From Pontiellaceae bacterium (lineage in GTDB: Bacteria; Verrucomicrobiota; Kiritimatiellia; Kiritimatiellales; Pontiellaceae), in the NCBI GenBank assembly GCA_016937945.1, contig JAFGVP010000102.1:20227-84226 (forward strand): 64,000 nt of DNA, in the 5' to 3' direction. This document shows, one piece after another, positions 55,267 to 64,000 of this stretch. Position 1 is the stretch's first letter. Each line of letters starts with the position of its first letter. Under the pieces are notes generated by a model that had not been told where the DNA came from, searched no databases, and worked only from the letters and a program-made list of their open reading frames with translations. Position numbers and translations under genes: made by a program.

Positions 55267-55372
55267 GGAGGGAACATAACGTCCACACCTCAAAAAACAA
55301 TGCATTCCGAATGCGATGCAATCGCCTTCGCGGTCTTGTCATGCACCGTCTTTCTGAAGTAAGGTCCGGCGC

Positions 55373-56251
55373 ATGAATTTGGACGTACGAGAAGCAAAAC
55401 AGATTACGATCATCGGCATGGTGGTTAACCTGGTGTTGTCAGCAGCAAAATTTGCACTGGGTATTCTCGGCCATTCACAGGCCGTTATTGCCGACGCCGT
55501 CCACAGCCTTTCCGACATGGCGACCGATCTGTTGGTGCTCTTCGGCATTAAGATCTGGTCGGCTCCGGCCGATGAGCGCCATCCGTACGGTCATCAGCGG
55601 ATCGAAACCATCGTCACCCTGCTGATCAGTATCCTGCTGGCCGTTGTTGCCTTTGAAATCGGGTGGAGCGCGATAGAGCGTCTCGGGGAACCCGGCAACA
55701 AACCGCCCCTGCTTTTCGCCGTGATCGGCCCGCTGGTTTCCATGATCGCCAAGGAAATCCTGTTCCGCAAAACACGCGCCGTCGGCAAACGCATTCACTC
55801 TTCCGCACTGATTGCGAATGCGTGGCACCACCGCAGCGATGCCCTCAGTTCCGTACCGGCACTGGTGACCGTGGGCATTTCAGCCGTTAATCCGGAGTGG
55901 GCCTTTCTCGATGCACTCGGCGCGGTGCTGGTCGCCGGACTCATTATCAAGGTGGCCTGGGAAATCGCGTTTCCGGCGCTCTCCGATCTCTCCGAACGCG
56001 GTGCGGATGATGACGAGGTTCGCGCCATTCGGCGGTTGACCAATTCCATCAACGGCGTCTGTTCCGTGCATCGTATCCGCACCCGCCGGCTTGGTGCCGG
56101 ATGGTTTGTTGATCTGCATGTGATGGTTGACGGGGACCTCTCCGTTCGCGAAGGTCACGACATCGCCACCGCCGTCCAGCATCTCCTGCTCGAAGAGGGC
56201 CCCGCCGTTGCCGACGTCACGGTCCATATCGAGCCGGAAGATGATCACTGA
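55373..56251 (+). CDS. cation diffusion facilitator (CDF) family metal efflux transporter
   Basis: 'HSLSDMATD' and 'HHRSDALSS' metal-binding TM motifs. C-terminal cytoplasmic domain. Confidence 0.85.
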   Translation: MNLDVREAKQITIIGMVVNLVLSAAKFALGILGHSQAVIADAVHSLSDMATDLLVLFGIKIWSAPADERHPYGHQRIETIVTLLISILLAVVAFEIGWSAIERLGEPGNKPPLLFAVIGPLVSMIAKEILFRKTRAVGKRIHSSALIANAWHHRSDALSSVPALVTVGISAVNPEWAFLDALGAVLVAGLIIKVAWEIAFPALSDLSERGADDDEVRAIRRLTNSINGVCSVHRIRTRRLGAGWFVDLHVMVDGDLSVREGHDIATAVQHLLLEEGPAVADVTVHIEPEDDH

Positions 56252-56287
56252 TCCCCGGCCACACCGGAGTTTCTTCAGACATCGGCA

Positions 56288-59200
56288 TTACCGCTTGAGC
56301 GGAAGGAAGAGCAGGTCGAGTTTTTTCCGGTCGGTTTCAGGATCTTTCTCATAGCGGAACAGCCGCCAGAGCACGGACATTTTGTAATAGCCGTCCTTGT
56401 ATGAATCGATCGTGATACCGGGGAAAATATCGGTGCTCATATCGCCGTTCAGCTTTTCGTAATGGTAGAGTCGCCAGAGGATGCGCCGGCGGAAATAGTC
56501 GTGCTCCTCATCCTTTGTCCCCTCTTCATGACGGGTGTCATACAGGATTCCGAGGAGCGAAGAGGTTTCCAGCCGATTGTCCGCCGGGGCATAGTCGCGG
56601 ACTTCATGATTCCATAGCGGGAAAAATCCCTGATCCTTGGTATACACGCTGCGCTCCAGCCGGTTTCCATCATCATCGAGTTCATAACGCCAATGTTCAT
56701 CCGACTGACCGAAAGAGAGCAGATAATGAAATCGACGGGACTCTTCGGAATATTTTTTTGAATCATCGGACCGTGACATCCATTCATATTCCGTGCGGGT
56801 CGAATCATAAATCCCCATGAACCCGTGACTTTTCCGGTTTTCCGAACGATTGTAATACCCCAGCGGGAAATAGTACCCCCTGACCGCATCGCTGGAGATA
56901 TCTTTACGGTGCCAGTAAAGCGGAAAGACCCAGCTGCCCGCTTTACCGCTGCCGGCTTCATAACGTCCGACCAGCGGCGTGGCAAAATAGCTCTTTTTCC
57001 GGTTGGTTCCATAGATCGCCGAATAAAAATATTCATCCTTCGCCCACGCATAGAAAGGCAGTACATGCGAACCCTCCACGCCGGATGCGCCGGTCCGCCA
57101 ATGGCCGATTCCGCCCAGCAGCAGGAGATCCGTGAATTCCGGCGACTCGCTCCAGCCGCTCAGTAGCAGCGGAAGCGCATGCTGCTGTCGATCGCTGGAG
57201 GTCCATGTGGAATACGGCAGGGAGAAAAAGGTGTTATTCTCCGGCGCCGCATAATAGAGCGGCAACGCATAGTGGTACGAATACGCGCCGCCTTTTCGAT
57301 AACCGGCCAGCCCCAGCGCAATGGTTGCACCGGAGCTGTCGGAATCATTGTACCAACGGCTCAGCAATGGAAGAATCATGCGATTCTTTCGATCGCCGTT
57401 GCTCCAGCTGGAATACGGAATCGAGAAGAAATTGTCCTGCTCCGGCGCCGTATAATAGAGCGGAAGCACATAGTGATATGGTTCGTCTCCGCCTGCACGG
57501 AATCCGGCAAGACCGGCAGCCAGCACTGCCCGCGTAGAATTCGTGCCGGACTGCCAGCCGCTCAGCAACGGCGGAATCACATGATTCGTCCGATCTCCGT
57601 TGGGCCACGCGCTGTATGGCAGGGATATAAAGGTATCGTTGGCCGGTGATGCATAGTAGAGCGGTGCAACATAGGAGTACGGATCCGATCCGCCAGCCCG
57701 GAAGCCGGCAAGTCCGGCGGCGATCACAGCGCGTGCCGATTCGTCATTGCGCTGCCAGCCGCTCAGCAGCGGCGGAACCATGTGGTTCTGGTTTGAACCG
57801 TGCTGCCACGTTGCGTATGGCACAGAGACGAAGCGGCCGTCTTCCGGCGCCCGGTAATAAAGTGGAAAAACATAGCTCGAGCTGCGTTCCGGATTCCAGT
57901 GCCGGGCTGCCAGACCGGCCAGATACATATTCCGGCCGGATTCTTCATTTTTCGAGCCGCCGCTCAGCAGCGGCAGTGCGATCCAGCTCTGCTCTTCACC
58001 AAGGCGCCACCGACCGCCCAGCAACGTCATAAAATGCGCGTCATATTCATCGTTCACATAGACAAAAGGAATATAACAGCGCCATGCAGGAGTCCCGTCT
58101 TCATGGAGTTTGCGTGCATAGAACGGAGTAATCATGACCGAACCGTCGGGCGACTCAGCGCCATAGTAAAACGGAAAAGAGGCCTGCCACGCCGTTCCAT
58201 CGGCATGATGTTCAGACATCCAAACCGGCGAATAGAATGCCGACGAATTGGTGCTGTATCCGTGATAATAGAACGGAATCGTGGTGTTCCAGCCGGAGCC
58301 GTCGGCCTTTTTCTGCGACATCCATGGCAAGGAGTAGAATGAGGAGACCTCATCGGAATATCCGCGGTAATACAAAGGGAACGATCCGTGCCAGACGGAG
58401 CCGTCGGACCGTGTTTTTGAAAGCCACGGAAGCGAATAAAACGCCGATTCATCCTCGCTGTAGCTTCTGTAATAGAGCGGCGCCAAAGCATGCCAGCCGG
58501 AGCCGTCCGCCCGCTTTTTCATCCACCACGGCAGGGAATAAAAAGCTGCTTTGTTTTCTCCATACCCATAGTAATAGAGAGGGAACATGGCATTGAATCC
58601 GGAACCGTCCGCCCGGGTCTTCCACCACCACGGCAGCGTGTAGAGCGCGCGCTCATCGGCATCATTCCCATAATAATAGAGAGGAAACAGGTGGTGCCGC
58701 AGTTCATTGTCAGAACGGGAAACCCCGCCCAACCCCAGCAGGTATCGAAGCTGTGATCCATAAGGATCGCGACTGCCCCAGGACAACGCAGGGAACGCGG
58801 CCCAGCCGAAGCGCTCACCCTCCCAGCTTCGATAGCAGAGCGGCAGCGCCATATCCCAGCTTTTCTCGCCGGAAACGGTACTGCGACTGAAGCTGTATGG
58901 AAGCGAGAGAAAGGTGTTGCGATCGTCGGCGTTCGCGTGGGCATACAACGGAAGTGCCCAGCTGCCCTTTGACTCCGGATCTTCGTAGGAATGGATCAGC
59001 GGCCACGCAATATACTGGCTGTATCCGGTTTCCGTATCCTTCCTGCTGTAAATCGGCCAGCAGCGCCAAGCGCTCCATGTATCATAATCGTGATGCGCAA
59101 AAAACGGCCACATCAGGTGCAGCGAATTTCCGTACGACCGGTTGATCCAGATCCAGAAAGGAAACAGCGAGTCGTATCCCGTCCCGCTGACCGGATGGCC

Positions 59201-59578
59201 TTCATGCCAATAGAGCGGAACGACATTGCAAAATTCCTCCCCCCAGTAAACCGGGAATATCCGGTAGTTCTTACCGGACGGATCAAAACGCCCGATCGGC
59301 CAGGCCACATTATAGACCGGCTGATCCGTGTCGGTTCCATAGGCGGAATAGATCGGGCGCACCGCCTGATAGCTCGGACAGAACTCCATCAGGGGCCAAA
59401 GGATCGAAAGCGCCGGCTTCCTGTAATACACCAAAGGCCACGCATTAATCCGGTTCGATGCCGGACCTTCCCTCGTTTCATACTCGCCGGAATAAAGCGG
59501 CGTCCCCTTCATCGACGAGGTCGTGCACCCCGCCAGTAACAACATTCCAGCGGCCAACGGCAGCAACCATTTTTTCAT
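56288..59578 (-). CDS. large repeat-rich lipoprotein (1096 aa) of unknown function
   Basis: Lipobox 'LLLAGC'. About six ~28-aa aromatic repeats ('FPLYYxGYSxxxxxFYSLPWWxKxRADGSGW') plus four ~50-aa repeats ('PLLSGWQ...AAGLAGFRAGG...PLYYxxPxxDxF'). Tandem repeats are visible at DNA level. Confidence 0.75.
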   Translation of the reverse strand: MKKWLLPLAAGMLLLAGCTTSSMKGTPLYSGEYETREGPASNRINAWPLVYYRKPALSILWPLMEFCPSYQAVRPIYSAYGTDTDQPVYNVAWPIGRFDPSGKNYRIFPVYWGEEFCNVVPLYWHEGHPVSGTGYDSLFPFWIWINRSYGNSLHLMWPFFAHHDYDTWSAWRCWPIYSRKDTETGYSQYIAWPLIHSYEDPESKGSWALPLYAHANADDRNTFLSLPYSFSRSTVSGEKSWDMALPLCYRSWEGERFGWAAFPALSWGSRDPYGSQLRYLLGLGGVSRSDNELRHHLFPLYYYGNDADERALYTLPWWWKTRADGSGFNAMFPLYYYGYGENKAAFYSLPWWMKKRADGSGWHALAPLYYRSYSEDESAFYSLPWLSKTRSDGSVWHGSFPLYYRGYSDEVSSFYSLPWMSQKKADGSGWNTTIPFYYHGYSTNSSAFYSPVWMSEHHADGTAWQASFPFYYGAESPDGSVMITPFYARKLHEDGTPAWRCYIPFVYVNDEYDAHFMTLLGGRWRLGEEQSWIALPLLSGGSKNEESGRNMYLAGLAARHWNPERSSSYVFPLYYRAPEDGRFVSVPYATWQHGSNQNHMVPPLLSGWQRNDESARAVIAAGLAGFRAGGSDPYSYVAPLYYASPANDTFISLPYSAWPNGDRTNHVIPPLLSGWQSGTNSTRAVLAAGLAGFRAGGDEPYHYVLPLYYTAPEQDNFFSIPYSSWSNGDRKNRMILPLLSRWYNDSDSSGATIALGLAGYRKGGAYSYHYALPLYYAAPENNTFFSLPYSTWTSSDRQQHALPLLLSGWSESPEFTDLLLLGGIGHWRTGASGVEGSHVLPFYAWAKDEYFYSAIYGTNRKKSYFATPLVGRYEAGSGKAGSWVFPLYWHRKDISSDAVRGYYFPLGYYNRSENRKSHGFMGIYDSTRTEYEWMSRSDDSKKYSEESRRFHYLLSFGQSDEHWRYELDDDGNRLERSVYTKDQGFFPLWNHEVRDYAPADNRLETSSLLGILYDTRHEEGTKDEEHDYFRRRILWRLYHYEKLNGDMSTDIFPGITIDSYKDGYYKMSVLWRLFRYEKDPETDRKKLDLLFLPLKR

Positions 59579-59723
59579 GTCATTCTCCAGTCAACGGTTA
59601 TTGCCTCCCGCTCCGCTGACTCACCCATACTATGGTCTTCACTCCGCAAGCTGGCAAATTAAAACCTCGAAGACTGAATGCGTTTGACGAGCCCCTCCGA
59701 AACCCGCAAAATCCCGCGCCTAT

Positions 59724-60509
59724 ATGAAACAGGAAACAGCAACCGTACTCGAACACGACAATTTCCAGGGCGATTACCGCATCCTCCGGCTCGCAGCGCC
59801 GACCGTTGGACCGCTGGTCGTTCCCGGACAATTCCTCCACCTTCAAATCCCGCAGCTTGGCGACCGCATCCTGCGCCGCCCCTTCAGCATCTACAAAGCG
59901 GGCGCTGAAGGCGTGAGCATTCTATATAAACCGGTCGGACGCGGAACCGAAGCGATGAAACCCCTGAAAGCGGGCGACAGCGTCGACATTATCGGACCGC
60001 TCGGCAACGGCTATCCGCAGATGACCGAAGGAAAAATTCCGGTTCTCGTTGCCGGAGGCTACGGCAACGCTGCACTTTATCTGAAAGCGCGCGATCTTCC
60101 GATCAAAGGCGTGGCGTTCTTCGGAGGGCGCACCGCTCAGGATATTCTCTGCATCGAAGAGTTCAAGGCGCTCGGCTGGGATGTCCGGCCCACCACCAAC
60201 GACGGTTCACTCGGCGTTGAAGGACTGGTGATCGATGCATTTGATCCGTGGATGAAGGATCAGAATGCCCGCGATCTGGAGCTGTTTGTGTGCGGCCCGA
60301 ATCCGATGCTCAAGGCAATGGGCGACCGCGCAATCGAACATGATTTTACGGCATGGCTGTCGCTCGACAAAAACATGGCCTGCGGCGTGGGCGCCTGCCT
60401 GACCTGCGTCATTAAGCGGAAAACGGCCGACGGCTGGGAATGGGCGCGTTGCTGCAAAGACGGCCCGATTTTTGAGTCCAGAGAGATTATCTGGGAAGAA
60501 CAGGTTTAG
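59724..60509 (+). CDS. pyrK: dihydroorotate dehydrogenase electron-transfer subunit
   Basis: FAD/NAD-binding ferredoxin-reductase fold and C-terminal [2Fe-2S] 'CGVGACLTCV...CCKDGP'. Confidence 0.85.
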   Translation: MKQETATVLEHDNFQGDYRILRLAAPTVGPLVVPGQFLHLQIPQLGDRILRRPFSIYKAGAEGVSILYKPVGRGTEAMKPLKAGDSVDIIGPLGNGYPQMTEGKIPVLVAGGYGNAALYLKARDLPIKGVAFFGGRTAQDILCIEEFKALGWDVRPTTNDGSLGVEGLVIDAFDPWMKDQNARDLELFVCGPNPMLKAMGDRAIEHDFTAWLSLDKNMACGVGACLTCVIKRKTADGWEWARCCKDGPIFESREIIWEEQV

Positions 60510-60510
60510 T

Positions 60511-61425
60511 ATGAGTGTTGATCTGAAAGTTAAAATCGGCTCGATGGAGATGAAAAATCCGGTGACGGTGGCATCGGGCACATTCGGCTACGGCCCGGAA
60601 TATGCCGACCTCGTCGATCTGAATCGTCTGGGCGCCATCACCGTCAAGGGCATCTGTCCAGAAGAACATGTGGGCAATCCGACCCCGCGCACCTTTGAAA
60701 CCCGCGGCGGCATGCTCAATGCGATCGGCCTGCCCGGCCCCGGGGCCAAAGGATTTCTGGATAAGTATGTACCGTTCCTCAAGCAGTTTGACACCCCCGT
60801 AATCGTTAACATCTGGGGCAAGGTTATGGAGGACTATGGCCGAGTTGTCGAACTGCTGGATGACTGCGAAACGGTTTCCGCCTACGAAATCAACCTCTCC
60901 TGCCCGAACGTCAAGGAGGGCGGCTCCGCCTTCGGAACCGAAGTCGCCATGTTTTCCCGCGTGATCGAACTGGTACGCGGAAAAACGCAGAAACCGATTA
61001 TTCCCAAGCTGGCCCCCAATGTTCCCAACATTGCTGCATTCGCCAAAGCGGCGGAAAACTGCGGCGCCGACGCTATCTCGATCATGAACACCATGCCGGC
61101 AATGGCCATTAACATTGAAACGCTGAAACCGGAACTGGCAAATAAGTTCGGAGGACTCAGCGGCCCGCCGATTAAACCGATCGCGATTAAGCTCGTTTTT
61201 GATGCGGCACGGGCCATCGATATTCCGATTATCGGCATGGGCGGTATTTTCGAGCCGGAAGACGCGGTGGAATTCATGGTGGCCGGCGCCTCGGCCATCG
61301 CCGTCGGAACGGCCAATTTTATTGATCCTGCGACGATTGACCGTGTGATTGACGGCATTGCAGCCTATGCAGAACGCAAGGGATACCGTTCGGCCCAGGA
61401 CATTGTCGGAACGGTTATTGCATGA
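60511..61425 (+). CDS. pyrD: dihydroorotate dehydrogenase catalytic subunit (class 1B)
   Basis: 'NPVTVASGTFGYG', 'NLSCPNVKEGG', 'IGMGGI' DHOD motifs. Starts 2 nt after the pyrK stop. Confidence 0.85.
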   Translation: MSVDLKVKIGSMEMKNPVTVASGTFGYGPEYADLVDLNRLGAITVKGICPEEHVGNPTPRTFETRGGMLNAIGLPGPGAKGFLDKYVPFLKQFDTPVIVNIWGKVMEDYGRVVELLDDCETVSAYEINLSCPNVKEGGSAFGTEVAMFSRVIELVRGKTQKPIIPKLAPNVPNIAAFAKAAENCGADAISIMNTMPAMAINIETLKPELANKFGGLSGPPIKPIAIKLVFDAARAIDIPIIGMGGIFEPEDAVEFMVAGASAIAVGTANFIDPATIDRVIDGIAAYAERKGYRSAQDIVGTVIA

Positions 61426-62003
61426 TGACGCTGCGCCGTATCGGGACCATTGCACTGGGTACGATCTTTATCGGCGCCATGGTTTATTATTCCTTTTTCC
61501 AGCGGTTTGTTCCCGGAGCGGTTTGCGATGCAATGCCGGCGGATTCCCGATGTGTCTACCGCGCCGCATCTCTGGACGAACTGCTGGAGAGCCCGGTCTG
61601 CAGCCAGCTGGATAAGGCACTCGGACAGGAATATCAACTGAAAGAATTTGCGGCGGGGAGTTCATGGTTCCGGTTTTCAACCGCATCGGAGATTGCGATT
61701 GCAGATATCCCGTTCTGCGGAACCAGCACCGGAAAAAGCTGGGCGGCGGCCAGCTGGGTTGGATGGCGCAGTCCATGGCTACGATGGAAACTGGAAAACT
61801 CATTCGATCCAAACCTCCGGTTTCTTTCCAAATATGCTGTTTGGCCGATTTGGCAGTATGATGCGCCGGACCTGCCAGAAGGAATGACCCTGACGCTCGC
61901 CCTTACAGACAATCTGATACTCGCTTGCCTTTCCGAACGTCCCGCGGATATTCTTGTCCTGCTGGAAGCCTACGATCGTTCCACTCCCGGCATAAACCCT
62001 TAA
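61422..62003 (+). CDS. hypothetical membrane-anchored protein
   Basis: 193 aa with an N-terminal TM ('IGTIALGTIFIGAMVYY') and Trp-rich 'WVGWRSPWLRWKLE'. Overlaps the pyrD stop. Confidence 0.5.
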   Translation: MMTLRRIGTIALGTIFIGAMVYYSFFQRFVPGAVCDAMPADSRCVYRAASLDELLESPVCSQLDKALGQEYQLKEFAAGSSWFRFSTASEIAIADIPFCGTSTGKSWAAASWVGWRSPWLRWKLENSFDPNLRFLSKYAVWPIWQYDAPDLPEGMTLTLALTDNLILACLSERPADILVLLEAYDRSTPGINP

Positions 62004-62018
62004 TCAAGGATCCCGATC

Positions 62019-62990
62019 ATGACCCGAAAACTGTTTGCTCTATTCACCGCCGGCGCACTGCTTGCCGGTTGCAGCACCTTCAAAAAAGACAAGGATCATG
62101 AAGCCCCCCTCAGTAAGGCTCAGATTCAGAGCGCACTGGTCAGAGCAAAGCCCCCCCAGCAGTTTGGCTTTGCGGTTTATCCTACCCAGAACGGCATTGC
62201 CATGAACGGACGCGCCCGCCTGCATCCACAGCATATAGCCGCCGTAAAATCCATATCGAATGAACTGCCGGTCATCAAGCTTCGCGGGGCGGAAGCCCGC
62301 ATGAAACTGAATGCGATTATCGACCCGGTTTCAGAATATTCCTGGATTGATTATGACACCGCCATGGAGCTCCGAGGCAGCTTTTTGGGGCTCGACGGCC
62401 GCACGCTGCCCTATAAAGGCCGCATGAATATCGGGAACATTGAAGCCTATGCGGCGGTCCTTCCCCAGCTTCGTATTGAACAGCTCTTTATCGAGAGCAT
62501 CCCCGTCTATGTCCGAATGGCAACGGGATCCATCGGCCAGCTTGACCGCGGCATAAAATCCCCGCGAGTCAACGCGCTGCTCGGCTACGACCTGCTCCGT
62601 AACTTTGAGTATATCCAGTTTGATCCGGTGTCAGGCAATATTACGTTTTCATCCACGTCCACCTACACGCCGGACGAAAATCTGCTGATCGGACGTGCCG
62701 CAATCATCAGTCAGGATGGCCTCGGTCTGGCTGTTTCCGGTGACATCGACGGTGAAGCCACCCCGATCCTGCTGGACTTTGCGGGCAATTATTATTTTGC
62801 GCGCCCCCGCGCCACCATGAACACGACCCAAAACGTCGGACTGGGCGAAGTGATTTACGTTAACGCCCCGACCCGCAATGCGCTCACAGACGACGGAATG
62901 CCGCGTGCCGGACTGCAGATGCTTATGAAATACAAGGTCACTATCTGCCCGCGAACCAGTCTGGTCTATTTTGAGCGACCGATGAAATAG
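62019..62990 (+). CDS. hypothetical lipoprotein
   Basis: Lipobox 'ALLAGCS'. 323 aa. Weak two-lobed 'DYDTA' / 'LDFAG' pattern, faintly retropepsin-like. Confidence 0.55.
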   Translation: MTRKLFALFTAGALLAGCSTFKKDKDHEAPLSKAQIQSALVRAKPPQQFGFAVYPTQNGIAMNGRARLHPQHIAAVKSISNELPVIKLRGAEARMKLNAIIDPVSEYSWIDYDTAMELRGSFLGLDGRTLPYKGRMNIGNIEAYAAVLPQLRIEQLFIESIPVYVRMATGSIGQLDRGIKSPRVNALLGYDLLRNFEYIQFDPVSGNITFSSTSTYTPDENLLIGRAAIISQDGLGLAVSGDIDGEATPILLDFAGNYYFARPRATMNTTQNVGLGEVIYVNAPTRNALTDDGMPRAGLQMLMKYKVTICPRTSLVYFERPMK

Positions 62991-63253
62991 TTCATTCGGG
63001 AGCGGATCAGATGCCGTATGGCCAGCACCGGATGAAGAAACGGCATGCGAGGACCCGCATAACGCATGATTTCCCGAATCCGCTCCCGCATCTCCGGTTT
63101 ATAACAGTGAACCGAACATCGGTTGCATACCGGCTTATCCGAACCAAACGGACATTTTTCGATACGCTGCTCCGCATATTTCAGGAGTCCGGCGCATTCC
63201 GGACAGGGGACCTGAGACGATTCATGATGCCCTCGACAATAGATGCGAACCAT
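62966..63253 (-). CDS. YgbA-like (nitrous-oxide-stimulated promoter family) Cys-rich protein
   Basis: 'MVRIYCRGHH...CPECAGLLKYAEQRIEKCPFG..KPVCNRCSVHCYKPEMRERIREIM' matches the YgbA family. In-frame GTG codons at 63271 and 63283 could extend the N-terminus. The ORF track's 63457 start lies in AT-rich promoter-like DNA. Confidence 0.65.
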   Translation of the reverse strand: MVRIYCRGHHESSQVPCPECAGLLKYAEQRIEKCPFGSDKPVCNRCSVHCYKPEMRERIREIMRYAGPRMPFLHPVLAIRHLIRSRMNYFIGRSK

Positions 63254-63487
63254 AACCCGAATTGTTTTCACCTCATTTTTCACGCCGGAGTTATCCCTTA
63301 AAATCGATATATTTCCTCTAAAAATCCGTTTTTTTCTATCCGGCCGAACTTTTATCCAAAAAAATTCATGAATTGAGTAACACCTTGGGAAAAGCCCTCG
63401 TATTACATAACGAACCCAAACAACCCAATTGAAGCAACGCAGCTCAAGTGAACCCAAACCTATTGCATAGCTTCACAACTTACTCTG

Positions 63488-63516
63488 AACCCCGTCTAAC
63501 CAGCGGGGTTTTATTT
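63488..63516 (+). terminator. hairpin + T-run (rho-independent-terminator-like) in the intergenic region upstream of the kinase gene
   Basis: ACCCCG-TCTAACCAG-CGGGGT followed by TTTATTTT on the + strand. No obvious upstream + strand CDS, so possibly the 3' end of a small RNA or leader. Confidence 0.3.
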
Positions 63517-63576
63517 TGCCCGCATCGCATCACGATGCTACGATTTAACCAACTTTTTGTGATGAGTAGATAAAGC

Positions 63577-64000
63577 ATGGACGAATCAGCCAACCAGAAG
63601 CCGAACAGGAAGCCGGCCCCGAAGTCGGGAAACCGGGAGATCAGCAACGCCAATCTGTTTGCAGATGACATCATTTTTTCCGATACGGAAAAGATTCTTT
63701 TCGAAGAAGACCTGAACGAAACCGCCACCCGGCGCGATGGACTGATGGACGGCAATCCGGCGGACCGATATACCCCTCACCAGAAACTGAATGAAGGCGG
63801 AATGAAGGCGATCTGGGAAGTGGACGATCACCGCACCGCACGTAAGGTGGCCATGGCCCTGATTCAGGATTCAAAAATCGCATCCGAAGCAGATATCGAC
63901 TCCTTCCTCTATGAAGCACGCCTGACGGCCAACCTGCAGCATCCGAATATTATTCCCATCTACGATATCGCGGTGGATGAAAACGGAAACCCCTATTTCA
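63577..64000 (+). CDS. Ser/Thr protein kinase (5' partial, runs off window)
   Basis: Kinase subdomains I-II 'LNEGGMKAIWEVDDHRTARKVAMAL' (G-x-G-x-x-G ... VA-x-K). Confidence 0.65.
   Translation, partial: MDESANQKPNRKPAPKSGNREISNANLFADDIIFSDTEKILFEEDLNETATRRDGLMDGNPADRYTPHQKLNEGGMKAIWEVDDHRTARKVAMALIQDSKIASEADIDSFLYEARLTANLQHPNIIPIYDIAVDENGNPYF

Noticed and set aside
57179-59539. several 150-180-aa + strand ORFs
   Set aside because: Antisense to the repeat lipoprotein gene. Their repeats are simply the reverse-strand image of the coding repeats.
60487-61455. 322-aa - strand ORF
   Set aside because: Antisense to pyrD.

Overview
High-GC (~58-62%) bacterial chromosomal segment. All calls rest on reading the supplied six-frame translations for motifs; no database search was possible.

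Layout, left to right:
- ~1-6.9 kb: an accessory island with a defence-island flavour. The 2.3-6.2 kb segment, which carries a large BrxC/KAP-like P-loop NTPase and a DUF4007-like (SspB-like) protein, is visibly lower-GC; a Dam-family N6-adenine methyltransferase and a winged-helix regulator lie to its left. The island abuts the 3' end of a tRNA-Pro(GGG) gene at 7006-7083.
- 7.2-10.9 kb: core genes (a transglutaminase-like protein, a periplasmic rhodanese, an RluA pseudouridine synthase, an RNA methyltransferase).
- 10.9-22.4 kb: an atypically arranged division/cell-wall cluster on the minus strand, mraZ-rsmH-ftsL-ftsI-murE-murF-mraY-murD-[LysM lipoprotein]-ftsW. No murG, murC, ddl or ftsQAZ follow ftsW.
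- 22.7-27.4 kb: an NAD(P)H-linked 2-oxoacid:ferredoxin oxidoreductase operon (GltD-like flavoprotein plus korA and korB).
- 28.2-42.8 kb: the most unusual locus. Three tandem PspA/IM30 (ESCRT-III-like) paralogs are followed by an NfeD/YqiJ-like membrane protein, a 680-aa flotillin, a ~1694-aa protein with a C-terminal dynein/MoxR-type (AAA_5) ATPase module, and a ~1256-aa secreted DUF3857/transglutaminase-like protein translationally coupled to a class I glutamine amidotransferase. This looks like an extended membrane-remodelling or envelope-stress system, and its large ATPase partner is to my knowledge not a described Psp component.
- 42.9-45.2 kb: an AEC transporter and a FetAB-like ABC exporter.
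- 45.3-54.0 kb: NAD kinase, then an ECF sigma / zinc anti-sigma pair heading a lipid-modification cluster (desaturase, two CFA-synthase-family methyltransferases, NTF2-like protein, glutathione peroxidase, lipocalin, FAD oxidoreductase, DUF1365). It resembles singlet-oxygen / furan-fatty-acid regulons.
- 54.0-64.0 kb: an S8 protease, a CDF transporter, a 1096-aa lipoprotein built from two aromatic-rich tandem repeat families, pyrK-pyrD, a YgbA-like protein, and the 5' end of a Ser/Thr kinase.
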